Shown here: positions 26,653 to 37,440 of the stretch, piece by piece | Position numbering within the stretch: the stretch's first letter is position 1 | Layout: the number at the start of each line of letters is the position of its first letter | DNA from: an uncultured Pseudomonadota bacterium | GTDB lineage: Bacteria; Bdellovibrionota_B; Oligoflexia; Oligoflexales; CAIMVM01 | NCBI GenBank assembly: GCA_903844895.1 | Contig: CAIMVM010000044.1 | Span: forward strand, 347-64,346 | DNA: 64,000 bases | Direction: 5' to 3' | Notes under the pieces: generated by a model | The model's input: the letters and a program-made list of their open reading frames with translations, nothing else | Database searches by the model: none | What the model was told of the DNA's origin: nothing | Program-made: the position numbers and the translations under genes

Positions 26653-29244
26653 TTGTTAATTGAAAAACTCTCGAATGGCCTTGAAGTCGTATTAAAAGAA
26701 AATCATTTTTCTAAAGTGGTCTCAATTCAGTGTTGGATTAAGGCAGGAGCTCTTCATGAGGCACTTGATGAGCGTGGGATGGCCCATGTGGTGGAGCACA
26801 TGCTTTTTAAAGGAACACCGTCTCGGAAAATGGGTGAAATCGGAACCTTGGTAGAAGGCTGGGGGGGCGAGATCAATGCTTACACGACGTTTGAGCGTAC
26901 CGTATATTATATGAATTTGATTTCTAAACACGCTTATGAGGGAGTCGACTTATTGGCCGACGCCGTCTTCAATTCCAGTTTTGATGGAGAAGAGTTGGAG
27001 AGAGAACTCCAAGTCATCCTGGAAGAAATACGTCGCGGGTTGGACGACCCAGGCGGCAAGATGGGAAGAAGGCTTTTTGAGCTTTGCTATGAAGGGAATG
27101 AAGCTGGCCGACCTATTATCGGCTATGAACCCGAAGTGGCGGCATTTACCCAAGCTAGGGTAATGGCTTTTCATAAAAAATGGTATCAGCCTGATAATAT
27201 GACTTTTGTAGTTGTGGGTGATTTTAACGCGAAGGAGATGCTGGGGTATCTTAAAAAACGCCTTGAAGTCAAAACCGGCAAAGCCCTGCGTCAACCTCTG
27301 TTTCCAAGTCATACCTTTCCCCAACAACCCAAAGCAGCTCTTTTAAAAGAAAACTACCAAGTGGCTCGAGTTGAAATTGCTCTCCCAGCACCTGAGCTGG
27401 AACACTTTGATACACCGCTTATTGATTTGGCTGCCTTTGCTTTAGGACAAGGTGACATGTCACGCCTGAATCTTAGGTTAAGAGATCAGTCTCGGGTTTG
27501 CTCTGCAGTGGGGGTTTCTGGATTTACCCCTCAGTTCGATGGACTTTTTACGGTGTCTGCAGCAGCTCCCCTGGAATCTTATCTCGACTGTATTACTGCG
27601 ATGGCCAAACAGTTAACCCTCATTTTGTCCCACGATCCGGTGACAAGTGAAGAAATATCGCGGGCTCGAGCCTCTTTAAAATCGGATCGTATTTACCGAG
27701 ACGAGACTGTGGAAGGCCAGGCAAGAAGTGTGGGTTTTGGCGCTCAAACATCCCTAAAGTTGCATTTTGATGATCTCTATTCTAAACAGATAGATCTTGC
27801 CACCCCCTCTCTCGTAGAGAGTGCGATTCGTCGCTGGCTTGACCCTGAAAAAGCAATCATTGTAGGGATGATTCCAACAGACTCTCATATCACCGAAAGT
27901 GATGTGTTGAAGGCCTACCGGCAAGGAATTCAAGAGGCCTACAAGGAAGCTGGCTCGTCAACCGTCGCGGAGACCCGCGAAGCAAAATGGGAACATGCTG
28001 CACCTAATCCCGTTTTTGTTGACACGATGAAGCCAGGATTGAAGCTTATCTATCGTCAAAACGCGGCCGCTGAGCAAGTTAGCCTAGTCATCGCAGCACG
28101 TGGGGGACTCTCTTTTGAGTCTGAAAAGGACTTGGGAATGCATCATGCCCTGTCTCGCCTTTGGGCAGAGGCAACCCTATCCATTCCTCGAGATCAGTTT
28201 GTGAGACAGGTTGAGTCTCTTGGTGCGTCACTTCATGGGTTTTCGGGCAAAGACTCCGTTGGGCTGGCGATGCATTGCCTCGCAGATCAAACGGATGACA
28301 TGCTAAGCTTATTTTGTGATGCCTTTTTGCACCCAGTCTTCCCTGAAGAACAGCTCGAGTCCTACAAACGGGAAACTCTAGAATCCATCAAAGCCCAAGA
28401 GGACTCACCAGCTCACCAGGTTATGAAGACCTTTCAAAGTATTCTATTCGAAGGAACCCCCTATGCCCACCCGGTCTATGGCAGCAAACAGGCCGTAGAG
28501 TCAGTTACTATAAGAAAACTCAATGAGTTTTATAGAGGCATGATCGAATCAAGAAATTGGGTGATTTCTATCGTAGGCCCTCAAGCTCCAGAGATCATTG
28601 TTAAAAAACTAGCGAAACGGTTAGAATCCTTTCATCCGGCCACATCAACTCCTATTCCAAAGCAGCAAGAAGATTTAAGCCCATGGGCCGGTGTCAAAAA
28701 GCATATTCCCATGGACCGCGAGCAGAGTCATCTGATCTACGGTTTTAGAGGAGTGAGTTGGATGGACCAGGAAAAGCCAGCGCTGGAAGTCATGACCGAC
28801 ATTTTAGGGGGACATGGGGGAAGGCTTTTTATGGAGCTTCGGGAAAAAAACCCCTTGGCCTATTCCGTATCTCCCATCACCACCTTTGGCTGTTTAAAGG
28901 GCTCTATTGGAGGCTATATCGCTACTGCGCCAAGTAAGTTAGCGGAAGCTATTTTAGGCATGAAAGAGGAATTCGCCAAAATTGCGACCGAGCTTGTAAC
29001 GGAAGAAGAGCTTACAAGGGCTAAGGCCCATTTGATCGGGCTCCATGAGATGGATATGCAAAAAGCAGACAGCCAGACCATGACGATGTCTCTTATGGAG
29101 CTTTATGGGCTAGGTTTTGATAAATTTATGCGCTATTCAGCGGAGATTGAGCAGGTGACTCGAGAGGATATAAAGCGGGCCGCAATAAAGTTTTTTAGCA
29201 AGCAGCCTGCCCTCGTCGTCGTTGCGGGAGTCCAAAGCGCATGA
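26653..29244 (+). CDS. M16 family zinc peptidase (two fused halves)
   Basis: LSNGL, GMAHVVEHMLFKG (HxxEH), INAYTT, RLFMELREKNPLAY. The second half lacks HxxEH and no signal peptide is evident. Confidence 0.92.
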   Translation: MLIEKLSNGLEVVLKENHFSKVVSIQCWIKAGALHEALDERGMAHVVEHMLFKGTPSRKMGEIGTLVEGWGGEINAYTTFERTVYYMNLISKHAYEGVDLLADAVFNSSFDGEELERELQVILEEIRRGLDDPGGKMGRRLFELCYEGNEAGRPIIGYEPEVAAFTQARVMAFHKKWYQPDNMTFVVVGDFNAKEMLGYLKKRLEVKTGKALRQPLFPSHTFPQQPKAALLKENYQVARVEIALPAPELEHFDTPLIDLAAFALGQGDMSRLNLRLRDQSRVCSAVGVSGFTPQFDGLFTVSAAAPLESYLDCITAMAKQLTLILSHDPVTSEEISRARASLKSDRIYRDETVEGQARSVGFGAQTSLKLHFDDLYSKQIDLATPSLVESAIRRWLDPEKAIIVGMIPTDSHITESDVLKAYRQGIQEAYKEAGSSTVAETREAKWEHAAPNPVFVDTMKPGLKLIYRQNAAAEQVSLVIAARGGLSFESEKDLGMHHALSRLWAEATLSIPRDQFVRQVESLGASLHGFSGKDSVGLAMHCLADQTDDMLSLFCDAFLHPVFPEEQLESYKRETLESIKAQEDSPAHQVMKTFQSILFEGTPYAHPVYGSKQAVESVTIRKLNEFYRGMIESRNWVISIVGPQAPEIIVKKLAKRLESFHPATSTPIPKQQEDLSPWAGVKKHIPMDREQSHLIYGFRGVSWMDQEKPALEVMTDILGGHGGRLFMELREKNPLAYSVSPITTFGCLKGSIGGYIATAPSKLAEAILGMKEEFAKIATELVTEEELTRAKAHLIGLHEMDMQKADSQTMTMSLMELYGLGFDKFMRYSAEIEQVTREDIKRAAIKFFSKQPALVVVAGVQSA

Positions 29245-29278
29245 TACCGGCGTAAATCGCATTTCTAAAAGCAAGACG

Positions 29279-29309
29279 GCGGCCGAGGAACACGATCCTC
29301 GGCCGCTTT
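29279..29309 (+). terminator. GC-rich hairpin, probable terminator after the M16 gene
   Basis: 11-bp perfect stem GCGGCCGAGGA/TCCTCGGCCGC followed by a short TTT. Confidence 0.6.
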
Positions 29310-29502
29310 GATAACACCTGCAAAGGAATCTAGAGGGGCAGTCTTTTTTTGCCTATTTTACCTCTCGTGCCAAGGTTTTGGCCTAGCTGGAGGACGGCAG
29401 TTTTTAAATGCGCGCTGCCACGAAGTCTGATATCCTAGCGGCTCTCTAAAGAGCGGAAAGAAAAAGGACAAATGTTCAATTTCAAAAAGAAAAGGAACCA
29501 AA

Positions 29503-30174
29503 ATGAACTCTTGGGTTTTTAAGGCGATGAAGTCGACCATTGGTCAAAAGTGGTTGATGGGTTTATCTGGGCTATTTATGATTTTTTTTCTGCTGGGCCA
29601 TATGAGCGGAAACATGCTGATTTATGCAGGACCTGAGGCCATTAATACCTATGCAGAAACGCTTAGAAAATTTCCGGCACTCCTTTGGGCGTTTAGGATT
29701 TTAAGTGTTGTAGCATTAGTCGTCCACGTGGTAACGGCTGTTGTTCTTACAAAAAGGAACCGCGCTGCCAATCCTATTCCCTATGCCTCTTCAGCTTGGA
29801 AGGGGTCTAGTTGGAGCTCTAGAAATATGGGTATGACCGGTTTTGTAATTCTTCTTTACATCATCTATCATCTTGCACACTTTACTTGGCGCCTCACACA
29901 TCCGGAGCTTTTTTCTGAACTTGACGCCTTCGATGCCTATCAAATGGTGATTCTTTCCTTCCAAGAACCCTGGCTCGTGGGTCTATATGTTTTTGCTACT
30001 TTTACCGTATGTCTTCATCTAACACACTCCATAAGCTCCTCACTACAGACCTTGGGTATCAATCATCCCAAGTATAATGAGGCGATTAGACGCCTGGGCG
30101 ACTTTCTGGCGATCGTGCTGTTTTTGGGTTTTTCAAGCATACCTGTCGCGGTATTGCTTGGCATACTTAGCTAA
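29503..30174 (+). CDS. sdhC: Succinate dehydrogenase/fumarate reductase cytochrome b subunit (diheme type)
   Basis: STIGQKWLMGLSGL, GHMSGN, about five TM helices with His ligands; upstream of sdhA. Confidence 0.92.
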   Translation: MNSWVFKAMKSTIGQKWLMGLSGLFMIFFLLGHMSGNMLIYAGPEAINTYAETLRKFPALLWAFRILSVVALVVHVVTAVVLTKRNRAANPIPYASSAWKGSSWSSRNMGMTGFVILLYIIYHLAHFTWRLTHPELFSELDAFDAYQMVILSFQEPWLVGLYVFATFTVCLHLTHSISSSLQTLGINHPKYNEAIRRLGDFLAIVLFLGFSSIPVAVLLGILS

Positions 30175-30189
30175 AAAGGAGAATTTTTG

Positions 30190-32100
30190 ATGAAACTTGA
30201 ATCCAAAGTTCCAAGTGGACCTCTTGCCGAAAAATGGTCCAAACATAAATTTGATGTGAAGCTGATCAATCCTGCGAATAAAAGAAAATATTCGGTAATT
30301 GTTGTAGGGACGGGCCTAGCGGGCGCTTCAGCAGCGGCAACAATGGCTGAACTGGGATACAAAGTAACCGCTTTTTGTTATCAAGATTCTCCGCGAAGGG
30401 CCCATTCGATCGCCGCACAAGGTGGGATCAATGCGGCTAAGAACTATCAAGGCGATGGTGATTCCGTTCACCGGCTTTTTTACGACACCATTAAAGGCGG
30501 CGATTTTAGAGCTCGTGAAGCTAATGTCTATCGGCTAGCTCAAGTGTCTACTGACATCATCGATCAATCCGTAGCTCAAGGGGTTCCTTTTGCTAGGGAC
30601 TATGGCGGACTATTAGCCAACCGCTCCTTTGGTGGATCGCAGGTGTCTCGAACGTTTTATGCAAGAGGTCAAACGGGACAGCAGTTGCTTCTAGGTGCTT
30701 ACTCAGCACTTTCTAGACAGATTGGCATGGGCACCGTAGAGATGCACGGCAAAACCGAAATGCTCGACCTTGTGATTGTCAATGGAAAAGCTCGCGGCAT
30801 TATTACGAGAAATCTCGAGACGGGAGAAATCAAACGCTGGGCAGCAGATGCGGTAGTTTTGGCCACCGGGGGCTACGGCAACGTATTTTATCTTTCGACA
30901 AATGCTATTGGTTGTAATGTTACGGCAACCTATAGGGCCTACAAAAAGGGCGCTGGCTTTGCGAACCCTTGTTTTACGCAAATCCACCCTACATGTATTC
31001 CGGTTTCAGGAGATCATCAATCCAAACTCACGCTTATGTCAGAGTCCCTCAGAAATGACGGACGTGTTTGGGCGCCTAAGAAAAAAGGCGACAAGCGTCC
31101 ACCAGCAGACATTCCAGAAGAGGAAAGAGACTATTTTCTAGAAGTGAAGTATCCCTCTTATGGAAACCTAGCACCTAGAGATATTGCCTCTAGAGCCGCG
31201 AAGGAGGCCTGCGATGATGGCAGAGGAGTAGGCGAAAGTGGCCTTGGTGTTTACCTAGATTTCGCTGACGCCATTAAAAGACTTGGAGAAGATAAGGTTA
31301 GGGAGCGTTACGGCAACCTCTTTGACATGTATCAAAAAATAACCGATGAAAACCCTTATAAGATGCCCATGCGCATCTATCCAGCGGTTCACTACACGAT
31401 GGGTGGTCTTTGGGTAGACTATAATCTCATGAGCACTATTTCTGGGCTCCATGTCATTGGCGAAGCGAACTTTTCAGATCATGGATCGAATCGCCTTGGT
31501 GCGTCCGCTCTGATGCAAGGCCTTGCAGATGGGTATTTTGTCCTTCCCAATACCATCGGAAATTATTTTGCTACAGCGAAACCAGAAAAAACCTCTATTG
31601 ATGCCCCAGAATTTATTCAGGCAGAAAATGAAGTTAAAGAGCGTATACAAAAGTTTATGTCCATAAATGGCACGAAGACACCAGCGGAATTTCACAAAGA
31701 ACTGGGTCATATTATGTGGGAAAAGTGCGGAATGGCTCGTGATAAGGCGGGACTGGAATCTGCGATCTCTAAGATTCAGGCTCTGAAAAAAGACTTTTGG
31801 TCAAACCTGAAAGTTACCGGCACCGCTGAAGGGCTAAATCAAACCCTCGAAAGAGCGGGTAGAGTAGCGGACTTTTTAGAATTTGGCGAACTTATGTGTC
31901 GAGACGCCTTGATTCGTGAAGAATCTTGTGGCGGCCATTTTAGGGTTGAGCACCAAGAAGAAGGCGAAGCCAAGCGCGATGATGCAAACTTCTGCCATGT
32001 CGCGGTTTGGGAGTATCAAGGTGAAGATAAAGTGCCTCTTCGACACAAAGAAGAGCTCACATTTGAAACGCTGCAACTTTCCACAAGGAGTTATAAATAA
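30190..32100 (+). CDS. sdhA: Succinate dehydrogenase/fumarate reductase flavoprotein
   Basis: [21 protein letters not shown] (FAD His), [26 protein letters not shown]. Confidence 0.97.
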   Translation: MKLESKVPSGPLAEKWSKHKFDVKLINPANKRKYSVIVVGTGLAGASAAATMAELGYKVTAFCYQDSPRRAHSIAAQGGINAAKNYQGDGDSVHRLFYDTIKGGDFRAREANVYRLAQVSTDIIDQSVAQGVPFARDYGGLLANRSFGGSQVSRTFYARGQTGQQLLLGAYSALSRQIGMGTVEMHGKTEMLDLVIVNGKARGIITRNLETGEIKRWAADAVVLATGGYGNVFYLSTNAIGCNVTATYRAYKKGAGFANPCFTQIHPTCIPVSGDHQSKLTLMSESLRNDGRVWAPKKKGDKRPPADIPEEERDYFLEVKYPSYGNLAPRDIASRAAKEACDDGRGVGESGLGVYLDFADAIKRLGEDKVRERYGNLFDMYQKITDENPYKMPMRIYPAVHYTMGGLWVDYNLMSTISGLHVIGEANFSDHGSNRLGASALMQGLADGYFVLPNTIGNYFATAKPEKTSIDAPEFIQAENEVKERIQKFMSINGTKTPAEFHKELGHIMWEKCGMARDKAGLESAISKIQALKKDFWSNLKVTGTAEGLNQTLERAGRVADFLEFGELMCRDALIREESCGGHFRVEHQEEGEAKRDDANFCHVAVWEYQGEDKVPLRHKEELTFETLQLSTRSYK

Positions 32101-32870
32101 TGAAAATTAAGCTTCATGTCTGGCGCCAAAAAAACGCAAAAAGCCCAGGAAAAATGGAAACGTATAGTCCAAGCGACGTAAATCCAAATATGTCTTTTTT
32201 GGAAATGCTTGATGTCCTTAACGAAGATTTGATCAAAAAAGGCGAGGATGCGATTTCGTTCGATCATGATTGCCGAGAAGGGATTTGCGGTTCTTGCTCC
32301 ATGGTTATTAACGGACGCCCCCATGGCCCATCTAAAGGTACTACCGCTTGCCAACTTCATATGAGATCCTTTAAAGAAGGCGATGAGCTCTTTATTGAGC
32401 CATGGCGCGCAGGTGCCTTTCCGGTTGTGAAAGACCTTATTGTGGACCGAACTCCTTTTGATAGAATTATGGCAAAAGGCGGCTTTGTTTCCGTAAACAC
32501 AGGTTCTGCTCAAGATGCCAATGCTCTACCTATATCTAAAGATCTCGCCGACAAGTCCTTTGAAGCAGCTGCTTGTATTGGTTGTGGAGCTTGTGTGGCG
32601 GCATGTAAAAATTCATCGGCAATGCTGTTTGTCTCGGCAAAAGTAAGTCAATTGGCCCTTTTACCCCAAGGCCAACCTGAGCGAATGCGACGCGCCCTAG
32701 GCATGTTACGCCAGCACGATGAAGAAGGATTTGGCGCCTGCACCAATACCAAAGCCTGTGAAGCAGCGTGCCCCAAAGAAATCTCTATCGAAAATATAGC
32801 TAGGCTCAATCGCGACTTTATGAAGGCGACTCTTTTTTATCCGGAGCATGAGTCTTCAGCAAACGAATAA
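32100..32870 (+). CDS. sdhB: Succinate dehydrogenase/fumarate reductase Fe-S subunit
   Basis: [33 protein letters not shown]. Confidence 0.97.
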   Translation: MKIKLHVWRQKNAKSPGKMETYSPSDVNPNMSFLEMLDVLNEDLIKKGEDAISFDHDCREGICGSCSMVINGRPHGPSKGTTACQLHMRSFKEGDELFIEPWRAGAFPVVKDLIVDRTPFDRIMAKGGFVSVNTGSAQDANALPISKDLADKSFEAAACIGCGACVAACKNSSAMLFVSAKVSQLALLPQGQPERMRRALGMLRQHDEEGFGACTNTKACEAACPKEISIENIARLNRDFMKATLFYPEHESSANE

Positions 32871-32893
32871 AGGAGAGCTCTTATTGAAAAGGG

Positions 32894-34336
32894 ATGGTTT
32901 ACATGAACGGATTTAAAGACGAATGCGGCGTAATGGGCGTGCTAGGCGACAATGAAGCCTCTCATTTAGTTTATCTGGGACTGTACGCTCTCCAGCATCG
33001 AGGCCAGGAAGCTTGTGGCATTGTGACGGTTGATGATGATAAGCAAGGAAAAGTGCTTCGTTCCCATAAGCAATTTGGTCTTGTATCAGATGGTTTTAAT
33101 AAAGATATTCTGAGTCGTTTGACAGGTAGACTCGGTGTTGGCCATGTTCGCTACTCCACTACGGGAGGCAATCTTGTCCAAAATATTCAGCCCATTGTTT
33201 ACCAAAGTTCTGAAAACGGTTCGATTGTCTTAGCCCACAACGGCAACCTGACCAATGCGGAAACCATTCGAAAAGAACTTGAAGCATCAGGATCTATTTT
33301 TACGTCAACCTCCGACACAGAGGTGATTTCACATCTAATTGCCAAAAGTAAAAAAGCTACCGTAAAAGAGAAATTGATTTCAGCGCTCCAGCAAGTAAAA
33401 GGCGGCTACTCCTTAGTGGTTGCTGCTGAGGAGACACTCTATGCAGTGCGAGATCCTTACGGGTTAAGGCCTTTAGTGCTTGGAAAAAAAGGTAACGCTT
33501 GGATCGTGGCTTCGGAAAGTTGTGCTCTAGATTTAATAGATGCGCGGTTTGTTCGTGAAATTAAACCTGGCGAATTTCTCATTTTGAAAGAGGGACAGGA
33601 GGAAGCGTCAGAGTTTCCTTTCGAAAAAAAGCCCGAAGCGTTTTGTTCCTTTGAGCCCATTTATTTTTCACGGCCAGATAGCACCCAAAATGGATCAGCA
33701 GTTTACATACAAAGAAAACGAATGGGAGAAATTCTAGCCAAAGAGTATCCCACTCAGGCCGATGTAGTGGTGGCAATTCCCGATTCAGGAGTCCCTATGG
33801 CCATTGGTTATTCTCAAGCTACGGGTATACCTTTAGAGCTAGGACTCATCCGTAATCACTATGTGGGAAGAACCTTTATTGAACCTTCCCAGGCGATTCG
33901 TGATTTTGGTGTAAAACTCAAATTAAATGCTATTGAAGGTGTTTTAAAGGGCAAGCGTGTCGTGGTTATTGATGACTCTATTGTTCGTGGAACAACCTCA
34001 ACCAAAATAGTCAGAATGCTAAGAGAGGCTGGCGCTAAGGAGATTCATTTTCGTGTAGGCTCTCCGCCTATTACCCATTCCTGTTTTTACGGTGTTGATA
34101 CTCCGGATCGTAAGAAGTTACTCGCAGCTCAAATCACTGTCGACAAAATCCGCGATCTCTTGGGTGCGGACTCGCTTGGGTATTTGAGTAATGCTGGCCT
34201 GAAAGAAGCTTTGTCTGACAAGTCCCAAGGCTATTGTATGGCGTGTTTTACCGGAAACTATCCGGAAGATATTTGCGCTCCTATTTCTAAACAACCCACA
34301 GACGCAGATGGTCCAGGCTATTTTGCGTCTAAATAA
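32894..34336 (+). CDS. purF: Amidophosphoribosyltransferase
   Basis: Short propeptide then ECGV, LQHRGQE, GHVRYST, HNGN, DDSIVRGTT; Fe-S cysteines CSFE, CFYG, YCMAC. Confidence 0.98.
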   Translation: MVYMNGFKDECGVMGVLGDNEASHLVYLGLYALQHRGQEACGIVTVDDDKQGKVLRSHKQFGLVSDGFNKDILSRLTGRLGVGHVRYSTTGGNLVQNIQPIVYQSSENGSIVLAHNGNLTNAETIRKELEASGSIFTSTSDTEVISHLIAKSKKATVKEKLISALQQVKGGYSLVVAAEETLYAVRDPYGLRPLVLGKKGNAWIVASESCALDLIDARFVREIKPGEFLILKEGQEEASEFPFEKKPEAFCSFEPIYFSRPDSTQNGSAVYIQRKRMGEILAKEYPTQADVVVAIPDSGVPMAIGYSQATGIPLELGLIRNHYVGRTFIEPSQAIRDFGVKLKLNAIEGVLKGKRVVVIDDSIVRGTTSTKIVRMLREAGAKEIHFRVGSPPITHSCFYGVDTPDRKKLLAAQITVDKIRDLLGADSLGYLSNAGLKEALSDKSQGYCMACFTGNYPEDICAPISKQPTDADGPGYFASK

Positions 34337-34344
34337 GGATTTCC

Positions 34345-35076
34345 ATGAGAAAAGATGGCCGTGTTTCTGGTCAATTGAGACCCATTAGAATAACCCCACA
34401 TTTTATTAAAAACGCCGACGGATCGGCTTTGGTAGAAATGGGAGATACTAAAGTCATCTGCACAGTGACCGTAGAAGACGGAGTTCCTGGGTGGATGAGA
34501 TCTCAAAAAAATGTTTCAGGCTGGCTAACAGCAGAGTACTCCATGCTGCCAGCAGCTACACACAGCCGAACCAAAAGAGAGCGGGGCTCGGTAGGCGGTA
34601 GAACCCAGGAAATCCAACGCCTTATTGGTAGATCTATGCGCGGAATTTTTGATGCTTCTAAATGCCCAGATTTAACCTTCCTCATTGATTGTGATGTGAT
34701 TCAGGCAGATGGGGGCACGCGTACCGCTTCCATTAATGGAGCCTATGTTGCCCTCAAATTGGCAGTAGACGCGATGCTTAGAAAAGGAAAATTAAAAAAC
34801 AATCCGATAAGGGACTCTTTAGCCGCTGTATCGGTTGGAATTTTAGACGGAAAGCTTCTTGTAGATTTAAATTATGATGAAGATTCTACAGCAGACCTCG
34901 ACATGAATGTGGTCATGACGCAAGGCGGAAAATTCCTAGAGATTCAAGGAACCGCAGAACGTCATAGTTTTTCGAAAGAACAGGTTATGGAAATTATGGA
35001 TGCAGCCCAGTCCTCGCTACAAACTGTTTTTGAATTACAAATTCAGGCTGTGGAAGGCCAGGTCGCAGAAAGCTAA
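34345..35076 (+). CDS. rph: Ribonuclease PH
   Basis: MRKDGR, GWLTAEYSMLP, GRTQEIQRLIGRS, DCDVIQADGGTRTASI. Confidence 0.98.
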   Translation: MRKDGRVSGQLRPIRITPHFIKNADGSALVEMGDTKVICTVTVEDGVPGWMRSQKNVSGWLTAEYSMLPAATHSRTKRERGSVGGRTQEIQRLIGRSMRGIFDASKCPDLTFLIDCDVIQADGGTRTASINGAYVALKLAVDAMLRKGKLKNNPIRDSLAAVSVGILDGKLLVDLNYDEDSTADLDMNVVMTQGGKFLEIQGTAERHSFSKEQVMEIMDAAQSSLQTVFELQIQAVEGQVAES

Positions 35077-35109
35077 ACCTCGGCCAATACCGGTTTCAAA
35101 AATCTTGTG

Positions 35110-35151
35110 CAGCCTTTTCAAACTCATGGAATAAATTTGAAAAGGCTGTTT
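35110..35151 (+). terminator. Hairpin terminator after rph
   Basis: 13-bp perfect stem CAGCCTTTTCAAA/TTTGAAAAGGCTG followed by TTT. Confidence 0.7.
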
Positions 35152-35497
35152 CATTACCGAATTAATGGCGCCAAAAACCACAGGACACGGCACCTTTCAA
35201 TCTAGGCCTGCTTTAGCAGTGAAGGTGCTGTGCCTCGATCTTAAAAAGACTTTTTTAAAATTATAAAAAGCTCTATGAGTGCAATTTAATGCGCTGTGGA
35301 AGTGAAATTAGAAAGACCAATTCATTTTTCACGGCAATGTGTGTCAGTACATAAGACAATGACACCATGGAAACCAGTTGGCGAAATTTCGGAAGGTTTA
35401 CTTCAAAACGCATTTCCTGGTACCCCGGGACGATCAGCAACAAGCTTGTATTTATTTGTACGAAAGAAAAATGATTCAAACTTTTTCCGGAAGTAAA

Positions 35498-35968
35498 ATG
35501 ATAGAGATAACAAAATTTGAAGAACATAATGAATTCATTTATTCACGTCTTTCGCAAAACTACGAGGCGGAGTTCTCGCGCCTTACCGGTAAGGAACCGA
35601 ACTCAGAAGGTCTTTATGAGTACACAATTTGTGACAGCACCCACGAAGGCTTTCTGTTGTGGAACGAGGGGAAGCCTATTGGATTTATCATTGTCAACAT
35701 CGGCCTTTCGAGATTTGATGTTGCGGAGTTCTATATCATTCCCTCTAAGCGCCGCGGTGGGCACGGCCGGGCATTGGCACACTGGGCTTTTACTCGTTAT
35801 CCAGGTGACTGGCAAGTCCGACAGATAGCTGGAGCCAAATGGGCGCATGCCTTTTGGGTCGACGTCATCGCAGATTTTACGAAGGGTCATTTTACGGATC
35901 AACAAGAGTCCGATGCCGAATGGGGGGTTGTTGATATTCAACGTTTTTCTGTCACACAAACCCTATAA
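35498..35968 (+). CDS. GNAT family N-acetyltransferase
   Basis: KPIGF, VAEFYIIPSKRRGGHGRALA (motif A), YPGDWQVRQ, AHAFW. Start is uncertain; ATG 35498 chosen, ORF track begins at 35378. Confidence 0.85.
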   Translation: MIEITKFEEHNEFIYSRLSQNYEAEFSRLTGKEPNSEGLYEYTICDSTHEGFLLWNEGKPIGFIIVNIGLSRFDVAEFYIIPSKRRGGHGRALAHWAFTRYPGDWQVRQIAGAKWAHAFWVDVIADFTKGHFTDQQESDAEWGVVDIQRFSVTQTL

Positions 35969-35983
35969 AGACACTTAGAACCG

Positions 35984-36687
35984 TTTCTAGACTTAGCTGG
36001 TTACGCATAGCTGACGCCATGGAAAAGCACAATATGCAGCAATTTTGCGGCAAGATTGAGTAGACTTTATTTTCTCGCGCAGTTTTTATTATTTTCAGAT
36101 TCCCGGGCTGAAAGCCCAGAGACAGCAAAGTCAAGAAACGTTAAGGTGCTGGCTTGGTGGGGGAATCAGGGAATAACTCTAGAGGCAGTTAAGGAACCCT
36201 TTGACACGCACCACGTTCTAGATGAAACCCATATCAAGAGCACCTTAGCTGGCTATCCTGGACGAATAGAGGAGAGCATATACAAGATGTTTTTAGCGGA
36301 CGAAATATAGGATCTTAAAGAGTGGCCGGGCCTAAAAGCCATTCCTATGATCGAATCCAAAACAGATAAATCTAGCGAAAGACCCAATCCTAAAGAACGC
36401 TACTATATCACAAGCATTTCTCTCAATGCGGCAACGATTGCTCGAGCTCTTAGAGCTCTTAGAGCTCATTGGGGGAACCCGCTTCATTGGGCTCTAGATG
36501 TGCAAATGAGTAAAGACAACTCTAGAATGGGAGCTAGATATGCTGCGGAAACAACGGCGAGAATCCGTAGACATACAAATTTTTTGCTCAAAGGTTACAA
36601 ACCCAGAGAGAAACGAACAAGCATTGAAAAGAAACGAACGACTTTCCTTCTTTAAATGAATACTTAACGAAAGTGTTGAGGGGCTAA
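35984..36687 (+). pseudogene. Decayed ISAs1-family transposase fragment
   Basis: Collinear remnants FLDLAG / IADAM, GNQG, GRIEE, EWPGLK, ERYYITS, RAHWGNPLHWALDV and NEYLTKVL match ISAs1 motifs (DAMG, KGNQ, HGRIE, HWxIENxLHWxLDV). Broken by frameshifts and stops; the IE of WxIEN is deleted. Confidence 0.85.
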
Positions 36688-36756
36688 TTAAGATGATTTC
36701 ACCGAGGGTGACATCCCCGACATGTTTCTTGTGATCCGTTCGTTCGATGAGGTCAG

Positions 36757-36811
36757 AAAGTTCTTTTGAAAGTTCTTTGGAGAGTACTTTGGAGAGTACT
36801 TTGGGGAGTAC
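36757..36811. repeat. Degenerate 12-bp tandem repeat x ~4.5
   Basis: AAAGTTCTTTTG AAAGTTCTTTGG AGAGTACTTTGG AGAGTACTTTGG GGAGTAC. Confidence 0.85.
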
Positions 36812-37008
36812 GACTGTATGAACATTAATACCTTTGTATACTAAGAAATTTGAAACACGCTCCTATCCGGAAAAAAGCTCCTAAAAAAGCACTAGAGTTT
36901 TAAGCCGCAGCAAAAATTAGGGCAAGACTCACTGTCAACTTGAAAACATCTAGAATGATACTTTTATAATTGTCAGCTGGTTTCACAAAGATTCTTAATG
37001 AGGCCAAC

Positions 37009-37320
37009 TTATCTCGACATCTGATAGAAGAAAAAGAGACCCAGCGCTAGTAAAGTGGCGCAGATGGCCACAAAGAACCAATATCGACTCTGAGATTTGG
37101 AATCAACTTCGTCGAGCATCTGGTCTTCCTGTGGTGGCTCAGGAGGGGCTTCGTTCTTTTCTGTTTTTCCTTTTTTAACGATAGCAGTCATTTCTTCATC
37201 GCCAAATGCGGAGGACTTCCCGGCCTTTCTTTCCCAGTTAGAAACCGACTTGTCTACCAAGTCTAAGATGTTTTGAAAACAAGCTTCTGTATTCTTTTTC
37301 GGGAGTTCAAATATTCTCAT
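37009..37320 (-). CDS. Hypothetical tail-anchored membrane protein
   Basis: AGGAGG RBS, charged linker, single C-terminal TM helix. Confidence 0.6.
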   Translation of the reverse strand: MRIFELPKKNTEACFQNILDLVDKSVSNWERKAGKSSAFGDEEMTAIVKKGKTEKNEAPPEPPQEDQMLDEVDSKSQSRYWFFVAICATLLALGLFFFYQMSR

Positions 37321-37381
37321 ATGGGCCTCCTAGGTCTCCTTTACAATCATATCACGAATCTAGGAGATGCTTACCAAGGTT

Positions 37382-37409
37382 AAATAGGAAAGCCCATCGA
37401 GCGATGGGC
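37382..37409 (-). terminator. Probable terminator after the secA-MAPEG genes
   Basis: GCCCATCG/CGATGGGC stem followed on the minus strand by TTTCCTATTT. Confidence 0.55.
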
Positions 37410-37440
37410 AGAATATGAAGAGGGGGCGATCTCTTAGAGC

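Noticed and set aside
36056-36655. ORFs 36056-36310 and 36347-36655 as functional genes
   Set aside because: Better explained as fragments of one broken ISAs1 transposase.
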